From an uncultured Thermoplasmata archaeon (GTDB taxonomy: Archaea; Thermoplasmatota; Thermoplasmata; UBA10834): a stretch of 64,000 bases of DNA. How positions within the stretch are numbered: position 1 is the first letter of the stretch; every line of letters starts with the position of its first letter. Both the position numbers and the translations under genes were made by a program. Shown piece after piece: positions 9,769 through 18,255 of the stretch. The stretch lies in the NCBI GenBank assembly GCA_963719945.1, contig CAVRDX010000001.1, positions 352,001 through 416,000 on the forward strand, read 5' to 3'. The notes under the pieces are model-generated. The model did not search any database. It saw nothing but the letters and a program-made list of their open reading frames with translations, and had not been told where the DNA came from.

Positions 9769-9909
9769 TAGACATTACTATTGCCTCTTCGTCGGGATAT
9801 CTCTTGTCCCTTACGGCACTGCCAATCAATTTACACCAGTCTTACGGTGAAATAACAACGCTTATATCAAGTACCATTTATGAGGAACTCCGGAATCTGG
9901 TGAATAAAG

Positions 9910-10695
9910 ATGCCGATATTCGAAAAGTCATCCGAAAAGGCCGTGACACGCGCGATTCTGTCCGAATTTTCGAAGGACATGGAGCGATTCTCCGAGGCAG
10001 AAGTCATCATCGTTGGCGGTGGTCCGAGCGGACTCATAGCTGCAAGGGATTTGGCTCTTAAAGGCGTAAATGTCTTGATTCTTGAGAAGAACAACTACCT
10101 GGGCGGCGGCTTCTGGGTCGGCGGATTCTTCATGAATACGATAACAATCAGAGCTCCGGCACATAAGTTGCTCGACGAGATTGGCGTAAGATACCGCGAA
10201 TTCGAGAAAGGGCTCTATGTGACACCCGGTCCATATGCCTGTGGGAAGCTTATTGCAGCTGCAAGCGAAGCTGGTGCTGGCATACTCAACATGACCATGT
10301 TCGATGATGTTGTGCTCCGCGAGAACAACCGGGTCGCTGGTGCAGTCATAAACTGGTCTCCTGTCACCTTCCTTCCGAAGGCGGTCAATTGCGTGGACCC
10401 CATTGCTATCGAATCCAAAGTCGTGATCGATGCAACTGGTCATGACGCGACTGTAGTGCGGAAGCTGGAAGAGCGTGGTCTGATCAAGACCCCTGGCTTC
10501 GGCGCGATGTGGATCGAAAAGAGCGAGGACGCGGTCGTCGAGAAGAGCGGTATAGCTCATCCTGGTCTGGTTGTCATTGGAATGGCCGTTTCCACGACAT
10601 TCGGATTGCCAAGGATGGGTCCGACTTTCGGGTCGATGCTGCTATCTGGAAGAAGGGGTGCCGAAGTTGCTCTTGAGATGCTCAAGAGCGATTAG
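9910..10695 (+). CDS. thi4: Thiazole synthase Thi4 (Cys-type)
   Basis: GGGPSGL, LGGGFWVGG, NCVDP, DATGHDA and GLPRMGPTFGSMLLSG motifs. Confidence 0.95.
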   Translation: MPIFEKSSEKAVTRAILSEFSKDMERFSEAEVIIVGGGPSGLIAARDLALKGVNVLILEKNNYLGGGFWVGGFFMNTITIRAPAHKLLDEIGVRYREFEKGLYVTPGPYACGKLIAAASEAGAGILNMTMFDDVVLRENNRVAGAVINWSPVTFLPKAVNCVDPIAIESKVVIDATGHDATVVRKLEERGLIKTPGFGAMWIEKSEDAVVEKSGIAHPGLVVIGMAVSTTFGLPRMGPTFGSMLLSGRRGAEVALEMLKSD

Positions 10696-10711
10696 TACTC
10701 CTGCGAAACTT

Positions 10712-10737
10712 GTGAACTGAGGGGAATCATCCCCCTC
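10712..10737. terminator. Hairpin between convergent thi4 and carB
   Basis: GAGGGG-N7-CCCCTC stem, 20/26 identical to 28651-28676. Confidence 0.45.
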
Positions 10738-10756
10738 TAGATGCTCATGAAGAAGC

Positions 10757-13700
10757 TCAGGTCTTCCTGTGGAAATGGGATAGGTCGTTGACCGAAAGGC
10801 CTCTCGTCGCCACATACTCCATTGCGAGCACGGCGGCGCTGGCCCCTTTTATCGTTGTGAACATCGGTATCTCGAGTTCGACTGCTAGTCTTCTCATCAT
10901 GTAACCGTCCCTCCTTGCGCCCGATGCTTCGGTGGGTGTTGTGATTATCATCTGGACCTGTCCTTTCCTCATCAGGGACAGGGCATCTGGGGAGTTCTTT
11001 TCTGAGATCAAGTATACCGTTGTAGCGTCGATTCCCCTGGATCTCAGCATGCTCGCAGTTCCTTTTGTGGCGACTATGCCGAATCCGAGCTTGCTCAGAC
11101 GCCGCGCGAGTTCGATGGCATCTTCTTTATCGTTATCCGCAACACTGACATATACCGTGCCAGACTTGGGCAGCTTCTGCCCTGCACCGGCAAGGGCTTT
11201 GTAGACGGCAGCTGGATAGTCGGAATCTATACCCATGACCTCTCCGGTCGACTTCATTTCGGGTCCGAGTATGCTATCGACGCCGACGAGCTTGAGGAAT
11301 GGGAAGACCGATGCTTTGACTGCATAGTGGTGTATCTCCGTATCCTTGGTCAATCCCAGTTCTTCGAGGGTCTTTCCAAGCATCACCTTCGTCGCAACCT
11401 TGGCTAGAGGAACACCTGTCGCCTTCGAGATTATCGGAACCGTCCGACTAGCCCTCGGGTTCGCCTCGAGCATGTAAAGTATGCCCTCCTTGTATGCCAG
11501 TTGGAGGTTCATCAATCCGATTGTCCCTAGGCTCACTGCGACCTTCCTGGTTATCGATCTGATCTCTTCAATGACCTCGCTCGAGAGCGTGATTGGCGGG
11601 AGAACCATTGTCGCATCCCCGGAATGCACACCAGCTTCTTCGATGTGCTCGAGGATGCCTCCTATGAATACACTCTTTCCATCGCTCACAGCGTCCACAT
11701 CTATTTCGATCGCATGGCTGAGATACTTGTCGACAAGTATCGGGTGCTTCTTCGACACCTTCGCGGCGCTGCGCATGTATGTCTCCAATTCCGATTCATT
11801 GTAGACGATCTCCATTGCGCGTCCGCCAAGCACATAACTCGGTCGGATCAGGACCGGATATCCTATATCATCGGCGAGATTCTTCACCTCGTCGAATGAG
11901 AATCCTGTGCCGGACTTGGGCTGATGTATCCCGAGTTCTTGCATGAGCTTCGAGAACTTCTTCCTGTCTTCCGCAAGGTCGATGGCCTCGGGCGAAGTCC
12001 CCAATATCTTGGTCTTCTTCCCCTTGAGCGCATTTTCGAGCGGAATGGCCAGGTTTATTGCGGTCTGTCCCCCGAACTGCAGGATTATGCCGTCTGCATC
12101 CTCCTTCTCGATGATATTGAGGACATCTTCTGTGGTGATTGGCTCGAAGTAGAGCCTTGTGGAGATATCGAAATCGGTAGAGACGGTCTCTGGATTATTG
12201 TTTACTATTACTGCGTCTATGGATTCTCCCTTCAGCGCAAGCGCTCCATGCACACAACAATAATCGAACTCAATGCCTTGCCCGATACGGATCGGACCGC
12301 TGCCTACTATGATCACAGTCTTGTTGACCGAAGGCCTGGCTTCACACTCACGTTCGTATGTTGAATAGAAGTATGGAGTCTCCGCCTCGAATTCTGCAGC
12401 GCAGGTATCAACCATCTTGTAGGTGGGGTGCAGATCATTCTTCCTTCTTGCCTCCCTCACTACATGTTCGTCCTTTCTCACAAGTGAAGCGATGTGCTCA
12501 TCACTGAATCCAAGTCTCTTTGCATTCAGCATCGTGGTTGCATCCAGTCCATTGGATTTGAGCTCGTTCTCCATATCGATGATGTTCTGGATCTTCCTGA
12601 CGAAGAATTGGTCCCACTTCGACATCTTGCATACGCGATCCACACTGAATCCTCTTCTCAGTGCTTCGGCGATCACATAGAGCCGAAGGTCCGTGGCTAT
12701 GGCAAGCTCCTTTTCGATATCCTCATCTGTCCAGGACTCCGGTTCCAGGGCAATCCTGTCGATTTCGAGTGACCTCACAGCTTTTAGGATGGATTCCTCA
12801 GCGCATCTGCCGATCGCCATGACCTCCCCAGTGCTCTTCATCTGGGTCCCAAGTCTCCGGTCGACAGTCCGGAACTTGTCAAAGGGCCATCTCGGTATCT
12901 TCATCACGACGTAATCGATGGATGGCTCGAAGGCTGCGCAGGTTTTCTTGGTAATGGCATTTGGAATTTCGTCTAGAGTCTTCCCAATGGCAATCTTTGC
13001 CGCAACTCGAGCAATCGGATAACCCGTGGCCTTCGATGCGAGTGCAGAACTCCTGGAAACTCTCGGATTAACCTCGATCACCCGATATTCTCCAGTGTCG
13101 TGATTGAATGCGAATTGGACATTCGCCCCTCCCTCGATCCCCAATGCCCTTATGATGTTGAGCGATGCGGAGCGCAATCTCTGATGGTCGTCGTCGCTGA
13201 GCGTCTGGGCGGGCGCGACGACAATGCTCTCGCCCGTATGGATACCCATCGGGTCCAGGTTCTCCATGCTGCAGATGATTATGCAGTTATCGTTCCCATC
13301 GCGCATGACTTCATACTCAAATTCTTTCCAACCAATCACGCTTTCCTCGATCAGGACCTGCTTGATCCTGGAATATGCCAAGCCCCTTCCAGCGATGTCT
13401 TCTAGCTCTTTTTCGTCATATGCGATTCCGCCACCAGTCCCTCCGAGTGTGAATGCTGGCCGGACCAGTACCGGATATTGTCCAATCTCCTCCACTGCCT
13501 TCTTGGCCTCATCTATCGAGTGCACCGTCTTGCTCTTTGGAATGGGCTCGCCGAGGCCGAGCATCGTCTTTCTGAACAATTCTCGGTCCTCAGAAAGGGC
13601 TATCGCCTCTGGCTGACTGCCGAGGAGTTCTACGTCAAGTCGTTCCAGGTACCCTTTCTCAGCAAGTTCCGAACACAAGTTCAGCGCAGTCTGTCCACCC

Positions 13701-13969
13701 ATTCCTGAGAGAATCCCGTCAATCTTCTCCTTCTGGATTATGGCTGCAACGGTTTCGATGTCCAGCGGCTCTATGTAGACGATGTCTGCCATCTCCAGGT
13801 CTGTCTGGATCGTCGCTGGATTGGAGTTGACGAGGACTGTCGTGTATCCCTCCTCTCTGAGTGATTTGCATGCTTGTGATCCCGAGAAATCAAACTCTGC
13901 TGCTTGCCCTATGATTATGGGTCCAGAGCCGATGACCATCAGTTTCTTGAGATCATCCCTTCTCGGCAT
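10757..13969 (-). CDS. carB: Carbamoyl-phosphate synthase large subunit
   Basis: GSGPIIIGQAAEFDFSG, two ATP-grasp repeats (EVNPRVSRSS, EANPRASRT) and an MGS domain. Confidence 0.98.
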   Translation of the reverse strand: MPRRDDLKKLMVIGSGPIIIGQAAEFDFSGSQACKSLREEGYTTVLVNSNPATIQTDLEMADIVYIEPLDIETVAAIIQKEKIDGILSGMGGQTALNLCSELAEKGYLERLDVELLGSQPEAIALSEDRELFRKTMLGLGEPIPKSKTVHSIDEAKKAVEEIGQYPVLVRPAFTLGGTGGGIAYDEKELEDIAGRGLAYSRIKQVLIEESVIGWKEFEYEVMRDGNDNCIIICSMENLDPMGIHTGESIVVAPAQTLSDDDHQRLRSASLNIIRALGIEGGANVQFAFNHDTGEYRVIEVNPRVSRSSALASKATGYPIARVAAKIAIGKTLDEIPNAITKKTCAAFEPSIDYVVMKIPRWPFDKFRTVDRRLGTQMKSTGEVMAIGRCAEESILKAVRSLEIDRIALEPESWTDEDIEKELAIATDLRLYVIAEALRRGFSVDRVCKMSKWDQFFVRKIQNIIDMENELKSNGLDATTMLNAKRLGFSDEHIASLVRKDEHVVREARRKNDLHPTYKMVDTCAAEFEAETPYFYSTYERECEARPSVNKTVIIVGSGPIRIGQGIEFDYCCVHGALALKGESIDAVIVNNNPETVSTDFDISTRLYFEPITTEDVLNIIEKEDADGIILQFGGQTAINLAIPLENALKGKKTKILGTSPEAIDLAEDRKKFSKLMQELGIHQPKSGTGFSFDEVKNLADDIGYPVLIRPSYVLGGRAMEIVYNESELETYMRSAAKVSKKHPILVDKYLSHAIEIDVDAVSDGKSVFIGGILEHIEEAGVHSGDATMVLPPITLSSEVIEEIRSITRKVAVSLGTIGLMNLQLAYKEGILYMLEANPRASRTVPIISKATGVPLAKVATKVMLGKTLEELGLTKDTEIHHYAVKASVFPFLKLVGVDSILGPEMKSTGEVMGIDSDYPAAVYKALAGAGQKLPKSGTVYVSVADNDKEDAIELARRLSKLGFGIVATKGTASMLRSRGIDATTVYLISEKNSPDALSLMRKGQVQMIITTPTEASGARRDGYMMRRLAVELEIPMFTTIKGASAAVLAMEYVATRGLSVNDLSHFHRKT

Positions 13970-15039
13970 CAATCTCCCTCCAGCATAGTCTTCAATCGGT
14001 CAAAGAGGAATCTCGAATCGCTTGGTCCGGCATGCGCTTCCGGATGGAACTGTACCGAGAATATCGGGAGTTCCTTGTGCCGGACGCCTTCGACGGTCCA
14101 ATCATTCAGATTGACGAAACAGACATCTAGCCCTGCATCTTCTGCAGATTCGCGGTCAACTGCGAACCCATGGTTCTGTGATGTGATCAGGACCCTGCCT
14201 TCGAACTTCACTGGCTGATTGATGCCTCTGTGGCCGAATTTGAGCTTGTAGGTCTTCGCCCCAAACATGAGTGAGAGAAGCTGGTTACCGAGACATATGC
14301 CCATCATCGGATATTCTTCTTTGAGTTTGGCTAGGGTGGATACCGTAGCGGAAAGCATCTCAGGATGCGCTGGATTGCCGGGACCATTGGTGATGAATAT
14401 CCCATCTGGCTCGAAGCTTCTCACGGTCTCAGGCGTTGCATCATATGGGAGCTGGATCACATTGAACCGCTTCCTCAGCTCAATCAAGATGTTCTCTTTC
14501 ACTCCACAATCAAATACTGCGACGGTCTTCGATTTCTTCTCATCGAATCTTATCGGTATGCCCGTGCTCACACTTGCCACTAGATTGGTTTGATCTGGGT
14601 TTTTTGAAATCTTCACCTTCTCGAGCATAGCAGCAGGGTCTCCCGCAGTGATTCCTCCCATCATCGTCCCCACATCCCTAATCTTTCGGATGAGAGCTCG
14701 CGTGTCTATGCCACTTATGCCCGGAACCTTCGATGCTCTGAGAAATTCGTCAATAGTCTGCACGCAATCTCTGTGGCTCGGAAACCTCGAATGTTCCCTG
14801 ACCACATATCCCCAGACCTGGACTGCCTTTGACTGATTATCATGGGAATTAGTCCCATAATTTCCGATGAGTGGATATGATGATACAAGGATCTGGCCAC
14901 AGTACGACGGGTCTGTCAGAGATTCCTGATATCCCGTCATTCCGGTGGAGAAGACGACTTCTCCGATTCTATCTTCGAGAAAGCCGAAGAGCACCCCATC
15001 ATAGACCGTCCCATCTTCGAGGACAAGGTAACCCTTCAT
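13969..15039 (-). CDS. carA: Carbamoyl-phosphate synthase small subunit
   Basis: LVLEDG, GYQESLTDPSY, GICLGNQ, SQNHGFAV, VQFHPE. Confidence 0.97.
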   Translation of the reverse strand: MKGYLVLEDGTVYDGVLFGFLEDRIGEVVFSTGMTGYQESLTDPSYCGQILVSSYPLIGNYGTNSHDNQSKAVQVWGYVVREHSRFPSHRDCVQTIDEFLRASKVPGISGIDTRALIRKIRDVGTMMGGITAGDPAAMLEKVKISKNPDQTNLVASVSTGIPIRFDEKKSKTVAVFDCGVKENILIELRKRFNVIQLPYDATPETVRSFEPDGIFITNGPGNPAHPEMLSATVSTLAKLKEEYPMMGICLGNQLLSLMFGAKTYKLKFGHRGINQPVKFEGRVLITSQNHGFAVDRESAEDAGLDVCFVNLNDWTVEGVRHKELPIFSVQFHPEAHAGPSDSRFLFDRLKTMLEGD

Positions 15040-15168
15040 TCGCACGACCTGTCGTGTATTCCAAGAAGGGTTAAAGAAGCTTATTGTGTGGAGTCGGACT
15101 CAATTCGTTTCGATTATCCAGTTCTGGACATTGAATCCTTGCATCAGCTGGATTCTCGACAAATGGAA

Positions 15169-15738
15169 TCATTTCTTGGATGACTCCCAATCCCTTCGTA
15201 GCAGAGCGAACAGGTACTCATCGACATACTCACCATTCCATTTGGAGTAGTCTCGAAGAATCCCCTCCTGCACGAACCCTAGCTTCTTGATCAGGGACCT
15301 CGAGCGTGGATTGGTTGCCATGATTGTAACCGCTATCCGGTTCAACCCCATTTCCTCGAAGCCATATCGAATGGCTTCATTCATGGCTTCGACCATGATT
15401 CCCTGTCCCCAGTGCGCTGGCTGCAGATCATATCCCATATCGGCCTTCTTGAAATCCTTGTTCCAGGCGTAGAATCCGCAGCTACCTATTATCTCGTCAG
15501 AATCCTTAAACCGAATTCCCCATCTGATGCCTCTGGCTTCCTCGAAGAGGCCGACGATGTAGAGGTTCAGCTCCTCTTTGGCAGTCTCGATATCCTTCGG
15601 GCCTTCGAAACCCTGTCCTTCGATTATCTCCTTAGTGGAGAAATGATTGAAATACCATTGATAGTGGTCCTTGGAAATCTTGCCCAGTATGAGTCTTTCT
15701 GTTTCTATGACCGGGAACTCAACTTGCTGTGCTGGCAT
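15169..15738 (-). CDS. RimJ/RimL family GNAT acetyltransferase
   Basis: IETERLIL, HWGQGIM, NPRSRSLIKKLGFVQEGILR. Confidence 0.88.
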   Translation of the reverse strand: MPAQQVEFPVIETERLILGKISKDHYQWYFNHFSTKEIIEGQGFEGPKDIETAKEELNLYIVGLFEEARGIRWGIRFKDSDEIIGSCGFYAWNKDFKKADMGYDLQPAHWGQGIMVEAMNEAIRYGFEEMGLNRIAVTIMATNPRSRSLIKKLGFVQEGILRDYSKWNGEYVDEYLFALLRRDWESSKK

Positions 15739-15826
15739 GTGCTTCAGTGATTGACGCGATTTGACATAAAGATTGCCTGCCCATTTCCCATGTCAATCCA
15801 TCATCGTATCGAAACGCAGATGGGCA

Positions 15827-16405
15827 TCACAACGCTGCGGTCACATCAGAGATCGAGTATGTCAGTGTGCAGTCTATGTCCTCGAATCCGTCATCGCTTC
15901 CATCCGAGGTCCAAGAATCCTCAAATGGTGATGTGAGTGTATGAGAGATGAAATACCCAGTTCCAGATTCACAATCGATCATGTGATTCCCTGCAGGATC
16001 CCCGTCATACACCTTTATCGTGAAGCTGAGGCTGATTACGTTCTCAGGCAATTCGACCGTAGCTTCGAACGGGAACTCAAGCACCATTGAGTCATTGAAC
16101 ACTTCGCTTGTGAAACTCTCATTGGTCGGAACCATATCGTTTCCAATGTATGCTATCCATATCACAAAGCATGGGTCACCAGCGAAGGTGCCATCCTCTT
16201 GATAATAGTCTATCGAGACAATGACCTCCCTGAGTGCTGAATCATCCGCACCGATGATTGTCAGGACCGCTCCTGCTATCAGAACGACGGCGATACAGAA
16301 TGATATGATGGAATACAACCTCTCCTTCTTCATGATGAAAAAGGTCCCAAGGATGGCAAACAACACTCCAAGAGCAATGATCGGCCCGATTATGATCAGT
16401 TCCAT
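15827..16405 (-). CDS. Hypothetical membrane-anchored protein (2 TM plus acidic extracellular domain)
   Basis: Two N-terminal hydrophobic helices and an Asp/Glu-rich beta-type C-terminus. ATG follows GAGGA. Confidence 0.65.
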   Translation of the reverse strand: MELIIIGPIIALGVLFAILGTFFIMKKERLYSIISFCIAVVLIAGAVLTIIGADDSALREVIVSIDYYQEDGTFAGDPCFVIWIAYIGNDMVPTNESFTSEVFNDSMVLEFPFEATVELPENVISLSFTIKVYDGDPAGNHMIDCESGTGYFISHTLTSPFEDSWTSDGSDDGFEDIDCTLTYSISDVTAAL

Positions 16406-16464
16406 GTGGTCCTCGGTGCGAGTAATGCGTTCTTTCCCTATGACCCTTTCTCGCGAGCGGCGGA

Positions 16465-17223
16465 TCATTCAAATAGGACCCTGAGAGTGGTCGCTATGGC
16501 CTGGGCCGCAAATACCTCAACCTCTGGCTGAACTTCCTTTCCTCTCATCGTGATCCTCATTGAGCTGGGGATGCTATGGATGTGCTTGGCATTCTGGAGC
16601 ATTATCAGCATATGGTCTTCAGGTCCATGGATGTCGAAATCATGTTTCAGTTGGCTCTCGTTCCCTACACGGACTTTTCCATCCATGGTCATCGTGAGGG
16701 TGACATTCTCGTTTTCGGTGCTGAAACCTATTGTGGAGCCTTTCTTTCCTATGATCCGCGCGAATCTCCCAGGGGGTGTAGAATTCATCTTCTTCCACCA
16801 GTTGCTTTCCATTCGTACATTGCTTCGGTTCAGAAACGATATTATCGGAAGATTCTCTCTGTTGCTCGATGATGTTGCGGAGTCACTCCTGATGCGAACA
16901 TCCTCTAAGTGTCTCTTGTGCGAGACGATTACAAATAGGGTTATGGATAGTGCGAAAATCCCGAGGATGATTGCAGCATCGGCAACATCCCGCTCGTGGA
17001 TTAGGAGTCTCACCGTTACAAGCGCTGGTATAAGGAACAGATATCGTAATCTCTTCTGGATGTAGCGGTTGACATTCGAGTCTTCTTTTTGAGTGTACAC
17101 GTATGAAGCATGTTTCTTATTCTCTGAAATCGAAGCAAGTTCATTGCCACACATAGAACAGTAGATCGTATGCTCTCGGTTCTCATGGCCGCATTTCGGA
17201 CAATCCACAGCGCGCTCCTCCAC
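16465..17223 (-). CDS. Zinc-ribbon membrane protein
   Basis: CPKCG..N.....YCSMCG, two TM segments and a soluble C-terminal domain. Confidence 0.7.
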   Translation of the reverse strand: MEERAVDCPKCGHENREHTIYCSMCGNELASISENKKHASYVYTQKEDSNVNRYIQKRLRYLFLIPALVTVRLLIHERDVADAAIILGIFALSITLFVIVSHKRHLEDVRIRSDSATSSSNRENLPIISFLNRSNVRMESNWWKKMNSTPPGRFARIIGKKGSTIGFSTENENVTLTMTMDGKVRVGNESQLKHDFDIHGPEDHMLIMLQNAKHIHSIPSSMRITMRGKEVQPEVEVFAAQAIATTLRVLFE

Positions 17224-17397
17224 TTGTTCTGTGAACCTCTGGGCGTGTTATTATACTTGGGGTGGATCAGAGCGCTCATATCAATCGTGGAACGTGCTGT
17301 TGGTTCATTCGGAACAGGCAATGAAATGAGTTCAGCTGGCTCTTCACCATTCAATCTCTTTATAATACCTCGAAAACAATAGTCCGTCGAGCAGAAG

Positions 17398-18255
17398 ATG
17401 TTTCCAGAGCATTGCAAGGAAGTCAGCGTAAGGTCTGTGGATTTCCAGTTGACTGAGGAGAACATACTCAGGTTCCTTGGCGGTAAAAATGCATACATCC
17501 GGACGAAGTACTTCGTCTTGAACTCCGGTGATTCCTGGGCTGTAGCTGCTATAACGAAGCGAAGCGCCAACTCTGTGCTTCATCCGATAGAGTCCGTTCG
17601 AATACTGGCGCTGCCCAGTGAAACGCGATTCATCTACGATCCCTTGCTGGAGGTATTGTCCGCCACTAAGATGGGGATGATTCGTGAACAGACTGGTTCG
17701 CGTTGCGTGGTCGTGAAGGGTCGGTCCGAACACATATCCTTCTTCGTGGAAGAAGCCGCAGAACGGTTGACCGTCTTCGATGTGGTGCCGCCAGCGCCAT
17801 CGAAGCTGGTGAGCATGGTCGATCAAGTCCTTGAGTCTGAGCTCCAGGACAGGTTCGTCAAACGCGAGGTCATCGAGCTAAACCTCAACGATGTCGCTGC
17901 TGGAATCGATACTCCAATCATAATGTATCCCTGCAGGGCGTCCGGTCTCAGTTCAGATAAGGTGGTCATGTATCTCGATGAAACGCGGGAGCTGGATCGT
18001 TCAAAATTAGATGGTGTGACGCTGGTTGGGTGCAGTCTATCTGCTCGCATCTTCAAAGCCATCTATGGCAGAGAACCGAAGCTGGTCAATATCTGTCCTC
18101 GTGACCTCGCCAGACAGAGGAACATCCAGGGTCCGATGCTCGTCAAATGTTGCAAGGTCAAGGAAGGGTTCGAACGAGATGGCGATATGGTCATCGTCCC
18201 ATGGGGTACCAGGATGTCCGAGGTTGCAGACGCGCTGAGATCCGTCCTGGGTTAG
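17398..18255 (+). CDS. Hypothetical Cys-rich protein
   Basis: 285-aa ORF with PCRASG, VGCSLS, NICP and KCCK; fills the gap between flanking genes. Confidence 0.75.
   Translation: MFPEHCKEVSVRSVDFQLTEENILRFLGGKNAYIRTKYFVLNSGDSWAVAAITKRSANSVLHPIESVRILALPSETRFIYDPLLEVLSATKMGMIREQTGSRCVVVKGRSEHISFFVEEAAERLTVFDVVPPAPSKLVSMVDQVLESELQDRFVKREVIELNLNDVAAGIDTPIIMYPCRASGLSSDKVVMYLDETRELDRSKLDGVTLVGCSLSARIFKAIYGREPKLVNICPRDLARQRNIQGPMLVKCCKVKEGFERDGDMVIVPWGTRMSEVADALRSVLG

Noticed and set aside
9706-9778. TPP riboswitch upstream of thi4 (a CUGAGA...ACCUG-like string is present)
   Set aside because: The motif is on the strand opposite thi4 and lacks the P2/P4/P5 order and the GAUC...GCGUAGGGA-type 3' half
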